Made by a program: the position numbers and the translations under genes. Shown here piece by piece: positions 45,155-55,737 of a stretch of 64,000 nt of DNA. This DNA comes from an uncultured Planctomycetaceae bacterium. Lineage in GTDB: Bacteria > Planctomycetota > Planctomycetia > Planctomycetales > Planctomycetaceae. The first letter of the stretch is position 1. The number at the start of each line of letters is the position of its first letter. The stretch covers positions 352,001-416,000 of the forward strand of contig CAWFAK010000007.1 of assembly GCA_963813715.1 (NCBI GenBank), written 5' to 3'. The notes beneath the pieces were generated by a model. The model worked only from the letters and a program-made list of their open reading frames with translations, did not search any database and was not told where the DNA came from.

Positions 45155-45961
45155 TCAGTTCGCGTCCGTGAAGTCGTCGACCTTCTTGGCGTCCTTCGGT
45201 GGCGAGAACGTAAACGCGTCTTTGCCGGCCGCCGCGTCGATCGTCCAGTTCTTGTAGATTTCGTTGGTGTTCAACTTGCCGCCGCCCGGAATCTCGGCAC
45301 TGCGCGTCATTCGCACAATAAACGGTTTCCCCTCGACCGCGACCCACATTTCCCAGTCGAACTGATCCTGGCTGAATTTCATGTGGTGAGCCGGCGTCCC
45401 GTCGACTTTTTCGACGCCGACATACGAGCACGAGTTGACGCCGTGCAGGAGGGATTCACCCGGGTCGGCGTTGAGCACATTGGGCAAGAGAATTCCGGGC
45501 GTGCGCGGGCCGAGTTTGATCAACGCCATGCCGAGGCTGCCCACGTCTTTCGGGGCGTCCTCTTGAACGTACTGCTGGATTTTCTTGCGATAGGTCGTCA
45601 GCTTTTTCCCGTCGCTGATGAATTCCAACCCTTCGTCGGGGTCGCTTTTCACACGCACTTTAATGTCGAGCCGGTTCGGCCGCTCGAAGTCAAACACCAT
45701 CGTCGCGTTGATCTCCAACTTTTGGCCGTTGCCCTCGATCTTGGCGTCGATCGTCCCGTCGGCATGAAAGGTTTTCGCACCCTTGTAAAGGTCGCCAGCC
45801 TTCTTGCAAATCTCGACGGCTTTCTTGTCGAGCTTGTCGTCTTTCTTCTTATCCTCGCCCCGCACCGGGCCGGCCCAGGCGGCACAAACCAGCGACAAAG
45901 ACACGGCCGGGATCAACTTCCACACGTTCGCACGGCTCAACAGGCTCAGACGGTGAGTCAT
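45155..45961 (-). CDS. DUF2092 / LolA-like secreted protein
   Basis: Signal peptide; FERPNRL, SDGKKLT, QFDWEMWV, FTFSPPKDAKKV. Confidence 0.8.
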   Translation of the reverse strand: MTHRLSLLSRANVWKLIPAVSLSLVCAAWAGPVRGEDKKKDDKLDKKAVEICKKAGDLYKGAKTFHADGTIDAKIEGNGQKLEINATMVFDFERPNRLDIKVRVKSDPDEGLEFISDGKKLTTYRKKIQQYVQEDAPKDVGSLGMALIKLGPRTPGILLPNVLNADPGESLLHGVNSCSYVGVEKVDGTPAHHMKFSQDQFDWEMWVAVEGKPFIVRMTRSAEIPGGGKLNTNEIYKNWTIDAAAGKDAFTFSPPKDAKKVDDFTDAN

Positions 45962-46131
45962 GGTTTCCCCCTTTTTGTGATAATTCAGTTCTCGCCGGGA
46001 TAATTCCCGCGTTGACCGTGACAAACGAATTTCGGCTGCCGCCGGATCTCGAAAATGCCCCCCCGTTAACGGTCATGATCCAGAAATTCGCCAGCCGTGC
46101 AAGATTCTTGGCAATTGCCCGCGAGAAAACC

Positions 46132-46298
46132 CGGCGAGCCCCCAGTGTCAGCTGGGGGGTGCTTCAATTCGTTTTCTTCCGCGTTTCCGACGGCGGTTCG
46201 ATTCAAAGGCGAAGCACCATCGGGCTGACGCCCGACGCTCGCCAGGCTGTTAGGCGCATGGCAACCGGCGAGTTGCCAGCGTAAGCTGGCGGGTGCTT
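46132..46298. repeat. REPIN cluster, family 1, upstream of RAYT
   Basis: REPs at 46132, 46212 (inverted) and 46266. Confidence 0.85.
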
Positions 46299-46351
46299 CG
46301 ATCTCTGGCGCGCGCTCTTCACTTATGCCTCCGCGACGAGGACTGCATCCC

Positions 46352-46888
46352 GTGGACCGCTGCTGGCTCCTCACTTGGACCACGTACGGCAACTGGTTGC
46401 CGGGCGACGAACGAGGCTTCGTCAGCGCAGTCCGCGATCAAACCGGCACACAAACCACGCACAACCGACCCCGCACGGAATACGACCGCGACCATCCCCA
46501 TCTGGAGCGCTACTCGAAGGCCGCTCAAAAGCTTGGATCGGTCAAACTCAATCGTGAGCAAGCCGCCGCAGTCTGCCGCCAGATTCAAACAACCGCCGAG
46601 CACCGTCACTGGAAGCTGTTTGCCGTAGCGGTCATGGCAAACCACGTGCACGTCGTTGTCGGCGTTCCAGGCGATCCGGATCCCAGCACGCTGCTTCGCG
46701 ACCTCAAGAGCTATGGTGCGCGAGAGCTCAACCGCATTTCGCCGGCGCACGATCGTCAACGTTGGTGGACGAAATCCGGCTCGACACGAATTTTGCCGGA
46801 CGCGACGGCAATCCTCGCGGCCATCCGTTACGTCGAGAACCAGGAATGGCCCCTGGCCCTCTGGATCGGCGGCGAACTCACAGCGTAA
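46352..46888 (+). mobile_element. REP-associated tyrosine transposase (RAYT, Y1 HUH family)
   Basis: LTWTTYGNWLPGD, VMANHVHVV (HUH), LKSY, WW, AIRYVENQ (catalytic Tyr); REPs on both sides. Confidence 0.88.
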
Positions 46889-46905
46889 CCTTGCGATCAA
46901 GCGCC

Positions 46906-47022
46906 CGGCGAGCCCCCAGCGTCAGCTGGGGGGTGCTTCAACTCGTTTTCCTCAGTATCTCCAACCGCATGTTCGCAAACCGAAAGATGAAGCACCATCG
47001 GGCTTACGCCCGACGCTCGCCG
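46906..47022. repeat. REPIN, family 1, downstream of RAYT
   Basis: REP at 46906 and inverted REP at 46990. Confidence 0.85.
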
Positions 47023-47169
47023 GGCGGATCAACTTCCACGATTGTTTCTGAGCCCGTAGAAACTTGGGGTCGGCGGGCGGGGTTCGGCGTGGTAGGGTCG
47101 AGAATATCGTTCTCAGGCGGAGCGCTCGGGGTGCGTCCGGATTCAGCGGCTGCGGAATCATGGCGTGCT

Positions 47170-47830
47170 GCGACTGGGAATGGGACGGGACGTGCGCCGG
47201 TGCGGAGGCGAGTCCAAGGTCCCGGGTCCAAAGTCCAAGGTCGGGATCGCCGGGAGAGTGGTCCGGTGCCAGGGTCCCGTCGGAACGAATGTCGGGACGA
47301 AGTGCCGAGCCGTAGTCTTTGGAGGGCAGCGGACTTACGGCGGACCAAAGATCCGGTCCGGACACTTTCTCTTGAAAGGGACCAAGGCGGGACGGGACTG
47401 GTCGGTGCCGGTCCCGCTACAATTTCAAACGGTCGGCAGGTTTGGTGGGCAGTGACTACGGCGGACGAAGTCCGTCCGGACACTGTCCAAGGGGCCCGGA
47501 GATGGGACCGGACTCGACATTGGGACGGGATCGACAAAGTGGGACGGGACTCGAACGGATTGTAGCACCAAGTCACCAAGGACACCAAGGAAATTTCCGA
47601 TCTGCGACTGCTGCTAAACTTGGTGTCTTGGTGACTTGGTGGTTAAGAACTCCGGCAGGACTCGGTCCCGGTCCTGGGTCCGGTCCCGTCTTAACAATCC
47701 GAATGAGTCCGGCCGTAGTCTTTGCCCGGCACTGACTTACGGCGGACCAATGTCCGGTCCGGACACTTTCAGTGGAAAGGGACCGCAGGCGGGACCGGAC
47801 TCGGACATTGGAACAGGATTGGGACCGACA
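47170..47830. repeat. Non-coding GGGAC-rich element with three direct repeats
   Basis: GAC(T)TACGGCGGAC..AA..TCC(G)GTCCGGACACT at about 47332, 47455 and 47734; a ~75-bp near-duplicate at 47309-47383 and 47712-47784; GTCCAA(A/G) heptamers at 47211-47242. Confidence 0.7.
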
Positions 47831-47949
47831 CGGCTCGGAACAAGAATCGATGGTTACCACCCAGACACCAAGAGCACCAAGGAAATCACCGGCCAGTGTG
47901 AGCCCAAGTTTCTCTTTTTTCTTGGTGTCCTTGGTGCCTTCGTGGTTAA
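47566..47949. repeat. Two CACCAAG/CTTGGTG long hairpin repeats
   Basis: Arms 47566-47589 / 47619-47641 and 47866-47881 / 47921-47936, each ending GTGGTTAA. Confidence 0.75.
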
Positions 47950-48054
47950 GTCATCCGACGGGACCGGGCTGACGCGTGTGTCGGCGGCTACTGAAAACTA
48001 CAATCTCAGCCGGATTGGCCGTCGCACAGGACGCAAAAAGTTCCGGAGATTGAG

Positions 48055-48948
48055 ATGAGCAACTTCGACCAGCAGATGCAGAAGATGAAGTCGCAGCCCG
48101 GGTTTGTGGCGGCCCTGGATCAGAGCGGGGGCAGCACGCCGCACGCGCTGGAGCTTTACGGCATCAAGAAGGGGAGCTGGTCCAACGACGAGGAGATGTA
48201 CGGGCTCGTGCATCAGATGCGGACGCGGCTCATCACCAGTCCCAGCTTCACCGGGGACCACATCCTGGCCGCCATCTTGTTCGAGAACACGATGGACCGG
48301 GACATCGAAGGCAAGCCGACGGCCGACTACCTGTGGGACGTGAAGCGGATCGTCCCGATTCTCAAGGTCGACAAGGGACTCGATCCGGAGAAGGACGGCG
48401 TGCAGTTGATGAAGGCCTTTCCGCAGCTGGGGGCCCTGCTCGACAAGGGGCGGTCGAAACGCATCTTCGGCACCAAGATGCGGTCGGTGATCAAGCAGGC
48501 GAATCCCGCCGGCGTGAAGAACATCGTCGCCCAGCAGTTCGAGTGGGCGGCCCAGATCATTGCCGCGGGGATGGTGCCGATCATCGAGCCCGAGGTCGAC
48601 ATTCATTGCCCGCAGAAGGCGCAGGCCGAAGAGCTGCTGAAGTCGGAGATCAAGGCGAAGCTCCGCGACTTGCCGGCCGCTCAGCGCGTGATGCTCAAGC
48701 TGACGCTGCCGACGCAGGCCGACCTTTATGCCGACTTCGTCAAGGATCCGAAGGTCGTCCGGGTGCTGGCTCTGTCGGGCGGTTACTCGCGGGACGAAGC
48801 CGACGTGCTCTTGCGGAAGAATCACGGCGTGGTGGCGAGCTTTTCCCGCGCCCTCGTCGAAGGCCTGACCGCACAGCAAACCGACGCCCAGTTCAACGCC
48901 GAACTCGGCTCGGCGATCAAGAGCATCTACGAAGCGTCGATCACCTGA
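48055..48948 (+). CDS. fda: Fructose-bisphosphate aldolase class I
   Basis: GFVAALDQSGGSTP, LKVDKGL, FGTKMRSVI, PIIEPEVDI, ALSGGYSR, ASFSRAL. Confidence 0.95.
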   Translation: MSNFDQQMQKMKSQPGFVAALDQSGGSTPHALELYGIKKGSWSNDEEMYGLVHQMRTRLITSPSFTGDHILAAILFENTMDRDIEGKPTADYLWDVKRIVPILKVDKGLDPEKDGVQLMKAFPQLGALLDKGRSKRIFGTKMRSVIKQANPAGVKNIVAQQFEWAAQIIAAGMVPIIEPEVDIHCPQKAQAEELLKSEIKAKLRDLPAAQRVMLKLTLPTQADLYADFVKDPKVVRVLALSGGYSRDEADVLLRKNHGVVASFSRALVEGLTAQQTDAQFNAELGSAIKSIYEASIT

Positions 48949-49006
48949 GGGACGCGCAGCGCGACGTCATCGTGTCCGCGACGACAGAGAGTTCGCTTTC
49001 GCGATC

Positions 49007-51403
49007 TCAATGCGGCTGCAGGATGCGGCGGACGGCCGAGCTGCCGCGGCGGTTGGCTTTGTGGCCTTCAGCCTCGGCGACGAGTTGATCGATCGCCTGA
49101 TCGAGCGTGTCGGGATCGAAGGCGCCTCGGAGGCGGATCGTTCCCTTGTGGTCGATCAGATAAATCGTGGGGTACGAGTCGACTCCCCACTGCTTGGTGA
49201 TGGGGCCCTTTTGTGAGCCGTCCGACCACGAGCGCCAGTTGACCTTCTTGGCTTTTTCGACGGCGTCGAGCCGTTCCGGCGCGTCGGTGTTGACGCCCAG
49301 CATCACGAACTTGTGCCCTTTGTATTTGCTCACGAGGATTCGCTCGTAGGGATACATCCGCACGCAATACGCCGACCAGTCGCCCCAGAAGGTGAGCAGC
49401 ACAACCTTGCCGCGCGATTCGCTGAGCTTGAACTCGTTGCCCGCGGCGTCCGGCCCTTCGATGTCGATGGCTTTCTTGCCGACGGCCAGGCGTTCCTTCG
49501 CGAACAACATCGGTTTGACCATGTCCGACAGCGGGTGGCCGTCGAGCTTGACGTCGGAGAATTCATCGGTGACGCGCTGCAAGAGCGCGACGATTTCCTT
49601 GTCCGTGGCCGGGCTGGCGGAGGCTTCGGGCTTTTCGTCGGCCTCGTGCTGGAGCGTTTTCGCCAGTGACAGGCAGGCGTAGGCTCGCGTTTCCTTTTGA
49701 GCCGTCTTCTGAATCACCGCTCGCAAGAAAGCCTTGGTGCCGGCTTGAGGCACCGCCGGCATCAAGAGGGCGACCTTGCCCAGCTCCGGGATCGTCGACG
49801 TGGTCCTGCAGCAGCATGTCGCTGGCCTGCTGCAGCACGCCGCCCGTCAGCTTCGGGTCGGCTCCGCGGAGGAGGTAGCAGGCCACGAAATACGATTGGA
49901 GTGCCGTCTTCGTTTTGCGATTCGCCTTACCCAGTGCGACGAACTTTCCCGCGTAGCGATTGGCCGGATTCTTTTTGAAAACGGCATCGATTTCCGAGCG
50001 GCTGAAGGCGCCGCCGCGGAGCTTATCGACCTCGGCCATGAAGTCCTCGGCCGCCCGCTGGTACTCCTCGTAGAGGGCGCCGACCTTCTCGTCGAGTTCG
50101 CTCGGCTCGTCGTCCGAATCCTTCTTCTGCACGGTGGACGACAGCGGTTTGGCGCTGGCGAACAGGTTCTCCCGCAATTCTCCCAGATGCTTCACGTGCA
50201 CGGCGAAGGCGAAGCGGGTTTGCGTCGAGACCCACGAATTGATTCCCACCACCTCGCCGCGGCGATTCATGAGCGGGCCGCCGCTGTTGCCGGGCGAGAT
50301 CACGGCATCGGTCTGCACCCACTGTTCGTCCTTGGAGGCTTTGCGCAGCGAGAGGAATTCGCGGGCGTCGCGGGGCAGTTCGGAGGTCTTGTGCAAGCCG
50401 TTGATGATGCCGCGCGTCGGCGTGAAGGTGAGGCCGCTCGGGTGTCCGATGGCGATCACTTCCTGGCCCAGTCGCAGCTCGTCGTCCACGGCCAGCTGCA
50501 GGGGCGTCAGATGCTTCGGCTTTTTGGCGAGCGCAAGGATAGCCAGGTCCGCCTGCGAACTGAGCTGCAGGCTGCCTTTCACTTCCGTGGTAAATCCGTC
50601 GCGAAACTGGACGACGGCCCGTGCGGCGTTGCGGACCACGTGGAAGCACGTGGCGATCGAGCCGTTCTCGTCGATGACGAAGCCCGTGCCCAGTCCTTTC
50701 GGCGTTCCCGAATGGTCGAGCACTGTGATCAACACCACGCCATCGCCGACCTTGGCGATCAACTCTTCCAGCGGCAGAGACTCGAGATCACCGGCGGCGG
50801 CCGGGCCGGTTTTCTTAATGGTTGTCTTCTTCGGGACACCCGGGCGGCTGGCGTCGCTGAGGAGAGAGGACGACGACGGCAGACTCGCGGCAACTGCATT
50901 GTTCTGATCGTTGCCATTTTCGTTTTGTCGAGGGGCGCCAGTCCGGCCATTGCCCCTTCGTCGCCGGGCAGCTTCGACGCCACCGCCGGGGGAATGCCGC
51001 CCGGGCCTGGGGTTCGGCTGGCGTCGTTCGGCGCGACGTTGGCGACCGTCGTGAACGGCGGTATCTCCGGATGCGTGTAGGGCTGAGCGGCCGGCTTGAG
51101 GAACAGGTTCCATCCCGCCAGGCACAGGATCAGGCTGCCCACCACGCTGCCTCCCGCAACGTAGGCCCAGTGCGGCCCCGACTTCTTCTTGGAGGTGGTG
51201 CGACTTGCGGTCGGTTTCCGCGAACCGCTTGCCGAGGCCGTGCGGACGACCGGCGGCCGCGAGGGTCGCCGTTCGACTTCGTCCTCATCCCGCGTGGCGC
51301 GGAAGCGACACTGGCATTCGCCGCAAACAACCGTGCGACCGGCATTCTTGTCGTCGACTTTGTGAACGGCGTCGCATTCCGGACAAGTCACTCGAAACGA
51401 CAT
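49007..51403 (-). CDS. Zn-ribbon / TM / trypsin-like protease / TlpA-like redoxin multidomain protein (frameshifts near 50915 and 49780)
   Basis: CPEC..CGEC; TM helix; triad TCFHVV, ADLAIL, PGNSGGPL; GKVVLLTFWGDWSAYC, PTIYLIDHKG. Confidence 0.8.
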
Positions 51404-51595
51404 CTCGCGTGCTCCGCTCGGCGTATGGGTTTGCAACCAGTCTGGCCTACACCGAGCGCAATTTCCAGATCTTGTTACCGGACGTAAATTATCCAGGGTG
51501 CGTTGGGAACGACTTTATGCACTCTAGCACCTGTGCGGGGTCGTGCCGGTCGCGGTCGGGCGGTCCGCCCGATTTCCTGGTCATTTTCCTGGTCA

Positions 51596-52093
51596 TTACT
51601 CCTTGGTCAGCCGCTGCTCCAGGAAGGTGCGCAACAAGCGAAGCGATTTGCGGAGCTCGATATTCACGGAAACGCCGTTCGCTTCTTCGGAGAATGCGGT
51701 CATCGTGATCTCGACCTGCGACCTGCCTCCCTCCAATGCGGTCACCTGGATGTGGTACGTGTAGTCCGTGAGGGTGCCCGCCGATCGGTCGACGAACGTG
51801 GCGCGGTAATCGCCGCGGCGGCTGGAGCGGCGGATCCGAAAAGTCTGCATGCCGTACTTGGTATCGAACTGCACGGTGACGACGTCGCCATGCGTCTTGA
51901 GGATTTTCGCCCCGGCGTTCTCTTGAATCGCGTCGACGTTCTGCTCGATCCAACGGCAGACGGCGGGATAGCTGTAATCGGCCTCGACCGTCAGCGCTTG
52001 GCGGCCGAAGCCGGCGCAGCAGGGCGCGGTGAGCGTGCCGCCGATCGCCAGAGCCAGCAAGATGGCGCAAATGTGTGGGAGGCTGGCGTGCAC
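51596..52093 (-). CDS. Hypothetical secreted protein
   Basis: Signal-like ICAILLALAIGG and a natural-composition mature part; start inferred. Confidence 0.6.
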   Translation of the reverse strand: MHASLPHICAILLALAIGGTLTAPCCAGFGRQALTVEADYSYPAVCRWIEQNVDAIQENAGAKILKTHGDVVTVQFDTKYGMQTFRIRRSSRRGDYRATFVDRSAGTLTDYTYHIQVTALEGGRSQVEITMTAFSEEANGVSVNIELRKSLRLLRTFLEQRLTKE

Positions 52094-52272
52094 TCGGGCG
52101 AAAAGCAAAGTCACACCCCGGTTGGCGTCCAAATCAGGCCCGCGCTGCTCGCTCTGTGTCCGCGCTCAGAGTACGCTGATCGTGTCGGCGAAGCAACGTT
52201 CTCGCACAAGCGACGGCACAAGACGACTCTGCCGCAGCGCCGCAAACAGACGGACTCAACGAGGTGAATTCC

Positions 52273-53595
52273 ATGTCAGAGCGACGTCCCACCGTTGTGA
52301 TCGTGGGTGGCGGCTTTGGTGGTCTGGCCGCGGCCAAAGCGCTGCGCCGTTCGCCCGTGAGGGTGATGCTGGTCGACCGCACCAATCACCATCTGTTTCA
52401 GCCCCTGCTTTATCAGGTCGCCACTTCGACCCTGTCGCCGGCACAGATTGGCTCTCCGCTCCGCTCGATCCTCGGGCGCTATAGCAACATCACCATCCTG
52501 ATGGGCGAAGTCACGGGCATCGACCTCGAACGACGGTGCGTGGTCGGCAACAACGCGGACCGGCAGCAGGTCCCCCTGCCCTTCGACTATCTGATCCTGG
52601 CGACCGGCGCGCGTCACAGCTACTTCGGTCACGATGAGTTTGCCCCGCACGCGCCCGGTTTGAAGAGCCTGGCCGACGCCGCTGCCATTCGCAACAAGAT
52701 CCTGGGCGCCTTCGAGCAGGCCGAAGCAGAGGACGATCCGAGCAAGCACCAGGACCTGTTGACGTTCGTGATCGTCGGCGGCGGCCCGACCGGCGTGGAA
52801 TTGGCCGGCGCGATCGCCGTGCTGGTGGGCAAGACGTTGCGGTCCGAGTTTCGGCGGATCAATCCGGCTTCCGCACGGATCCTGCTGATCGACCGGGGAC
52901 CTCGAGTGTTGGCATCGTTCTCCGAGAGCCTCTCGGCCGCCGCGAAGGCGCGATTGGAGCGGCTGGGGGTCGAAGTTCGCTTGGGAAGCAGCGTGGAACA
53001 TGTGGACGAAATGGGTGCCGTGGTGAACGGCGAGCGGATTACGACGAAGACGGTGATCTGGGCGGCCGGCGTGGCGGCGTCCCCCGCCGGCAAATGGCTG
53101 CAGGCACCGACGGACCACTCCGGTCGCGTTCGCGTGGCCAACGATCTCTCCGTCCCAGGGCAGCCGAACATTTTTGTGGTCGGCGATACGGCGTCGCTCG
53201 ACGAGGATGGGCACCCGCTGCCCGGCGTGGCCCAAGTGGCCATGCAGCAGGGTCGCTATGTGGCCAAGCTCATCCTTCGACGCCTCGCGGGGCAGCCCGC
53301 CCCGCCTCCCTTTCGCTATTTCGACAAAGGCAGTCTGGCCGTGGTCGGCAAAGGCTTTGCCGTGTTGCAGTCACGGAAGGTGCGGTTGTCCGGATTTGTC
53401 GCCTGGCTGGCTTGGGCAGCCGTGCACTTGGAATTCCTCGGACAATCCAACCTGCGCGTGAGCGTGTTTGTGCAGTGGGTTTGGACTTATCTGACCGGCA
53501 CCCGCGGCTCGCGGGTCATCATCGAGTCCTCCGCGCCGCCGACATGCCCTGTGCCGACGCCGGCGGAGGCCGCTTCGCCCAAGTCGGGTCCCTGA
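52273..53595 (+). CDS. ndh: Type II NADH dehydrogenase family flavoprotein
   Basis: VGGGFGGL, HLFQPLLYQVAT, VGGGPTGVELAG, WAAGV, VAQVAMQQG. Confidence 0.9.
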   Translation: MSERRPTVVIVGGGFGGLAAAKALRRSPVRVMLVDRTNHHLFQPLLYQVATSTLSPAQIGSPLRSILGRYSNITILMGEVTGIDLERRCVVGNNADRQQVPLPFDYLILATGARHSYFGHDEFAPHAPGLKSLADAAAIRNKILGAFEQAEAEDDPSKHQDLLTFVIVGGGPTGVELAGAIAVLVGKTLRSEFRRINPASARILLIDRGPRVLASFSESLSAAAKARLERLGVEVRLGSSVEHVDEMGAVVNGERITTKTVIWAAGVAASPAGKWLQAPTDHSGRVRVANDLSVPGQPNIFVVGDTASLDEDGHPLPGVAQVAMQQGRYVAKLILRRLAGQPAPPPFRYFDKGSLAVVGKGFAVLQSRKVRLSGFVAWLAWAAVHLEFLGQSNLRVSVFVQWVWTYLTGTRGSRVIIESSAPPTCPVPTPAEAASPKSGP

Positions 53596-53627
53596 CCCTC
53601 ACCAGCCGGGAGGTGTCAAACGAACAA

Positions 53628-53649
53628 GGGGGACCAACCCTGGTCCCCC
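53628..53649. terminator. Hairpin between convergent genes
   Basis: GGGGGACCA-ACCC-TGGTCCCCC. Confidence 0.5.
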
Positions 53650-53699
53650 CTGCTCGACTGAGTCTGATCGTTTGACGACGGACAATCAGGCTTTCTTCA

Positions 53700-54966
53700 C
53701 TACTTTGTCTTTCGCAATCGGAGCGGCCGGCTTCGCGTCGCGCTTGGTCGTATTCCCCTTGGTGCCGGCGCGGTTTTGACCTTATCGGTCGGAGCGATCG
53801 TGCGTTTGGTTTCAACCTTGGGCGACGACATCTTGGGCTGGCTGTCGGTCTTCGCCTTGGCGAGCTGGGTCGTCTGCGGCTTGAGCAAGGCAGACAGTTC
53901 CTTCTCGCGGCTGGCCTGCATGTCTGCGAGCTGCTTCTGCAGGTTCTGAATTTGAACGTCGTACTTTTTCGCGATGACCGTGGCCTTTTCGCGCTGTTCC
54001 TTCGTCATATTGATCTTGTCGTTTCCGACCGGAATTTTCGGGGCGACAACCGGTTGCTTCTGGACCGGCTTGGTCGACGTCGTTTTCACAGGGGCGGTGG
54101 CGACTGGCTTGGTCATCGTCGACTTGGTCTCGACCGCCTTGGTCGCCATCGGCTTGGCCGCGATCGACTTCGCCGCCGACGCCTGCATCTTGTTCGGAGT
54201 GGCCGTGAACCTGGTCGCCTGCTTGACGAACCCGACCGGCTTGGCGTTCGGCATCGATTTGCCGTTGGAAGCGACCTTGGTCACCGGCGCCGACTGAGGC
54301 TTGGTGACCGGCTTGGCCGCAGTCATGACCTTGCCGTTCGACTTAACAGTCGACTTGGGGGTGGACGGAGCGACCTTCGCGGTTACGACCGGCTTGACGG
54401 GCGTTTTCGGCGTGACAATCGGCTGCGGCTTGACTGGCTGCGACTTGACGACCGGGGCCGGCTTGGAGACGACGGGCTTTTTCTCCAGCGATTTGGCAAC
54501 GGGCATCGGTTTGACAACGGGAGCGGGTTTAACCACCGGCATCGGCTTGGCGATGGTCGCCGGTTTCGCGTTCACAATCGGAATGGTCTTCGGCGCGGGC
54601 TTGACGTTAACGACCGGCTTGCTGACCGGCATCGGTTTGGCGGCCGGCATCGGCTTCGCGACCGGAGCGGTTTTGACGGTTGCGGCGGGCGCCGGCTTCA
54701 CCATCGGCTTCACGTCGGTCTTCGGTTTGGAGGTCACTGGGGTGGTGGTGATCGTCTCTGGGTGGCATGGTTTTGGGAATCTGTCGGTCCTTGTCTTTTG
54801 ATGATTTTCCAGAGTCGATTGCCGGCTTTACGACAGTCACCGTCTTTTTCGTGTCTGTGGGCGGTTTCTTGGCGTTGGTGGTAGTGCCGTCACCCAGGCC
54901 TGGTGTTGCCGCCAGCAACGCCATGCCGGCAGCGACAGCCAGTGCCGGGATCCCTTGAAATTTCAT
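53700..54966 (-). CDS. Secreted Lys/Pro/Thr/Ala-rich low-complexity protein (frameshift near 54750)
   Basis: GGAAGG RBS; signal peptide MKFQGIPALAVAAGMALLAA; recurrent (A/V)KP(M/V/A) units; short coiled coil near the C-terminus. Confidence 0.75.
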
Positions 54967-55227
54967 GACCGACTGACCTTCCTACTTCGAAATGAGCGCG
55001 GCCGAACCCGAGCCGGGCAACATTCCCGGCGCACTCCGTTTCCCCTATAAAAAGTTCGCACCTCAAGCTTCAATTAGCATCGGCAAGACATCGCACTCTG
55101 TCCGCGAGAGAGCGCGTGCGGCGAAAACCTCCGAACATCCCGCGGGCTTTGCCCAGCGAGCATCATGCGCGACACCGAGCGCGACGAGCACGACCGCTGC
55201 GGCGAGCGCGGACAGCAAGGAGCCCTG

Positions 55228-55617
55228 ATGAGCACTCCCTCCCCTCCCAAGCCGCCCGCCGATCTGCGCGACTACCTCGCGGAGGAGCGCACGTTTCTGG
55301 CGTGGATTCGCACGGGGCTGACTTTGATGGGCTTTGGCTTCGTGGTCGCGCGGTTCGGCCTGTTCCTGGAGGTCATGCAGATCAACCGGGGCGTCACGGT
55401 CGTCCAATCGCACGGCTTCTCCCGCTGGGTGGGAACCGCGTTTGTCGCGGCCGGAGTCGCCACAAACCTGTTTTCCGTCCGGCGGCATTTTCGCATGGTC
55501 GGCGAGCTGAACCGCGGCCAACTGTCCGCCCGCCCCACCTCGACTCTGGCGATCGTTCTGGCCGTGTTCCTGGCGCTGGCCGGCGTGGCGATGGCACTGT
55601 ACGTCAGTCTGGCGTGA
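55228..55617 (+). CDS. DUF202/YidH family membrane protein
   Basis: DYLAEERTFLAWIRTGLTLMGFGF. Confidence 0.9.
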   Translation: MSTPSPPKPPADLRDYLAEERTFLAWIRTGLTLMGFGFVVARFGLFLEVMQINRGVTVVQSHGFSRWVGTAFVAAGVATNLFSVRRHFRMVGELNRGQLSARPTSTLAIVLAVFLALAGVAMALYVSLA

Positions 55618-55737
55618 CGAGGCTGCCGCCGACGAATGATCTCTGATACCCTCACGCCAAGGCCTCCACGAACGGCTTGGCTTCCAGCGGGCAGCGACAT
55701 AGGGAACAATCAACGCCACCAGTGAGGAGCCGACCTG

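Noticed and set aside
47300..47790. Possible CRISPR array
   Set aside because: Repeats are degenerate and irregularly spaced (about 120 and 280 bp), and there are no cas genes in the window.
49360..49385. Selenocysteine in the redoxin motif
   Set aside because: The codon is TCG (Ser), not TGA.
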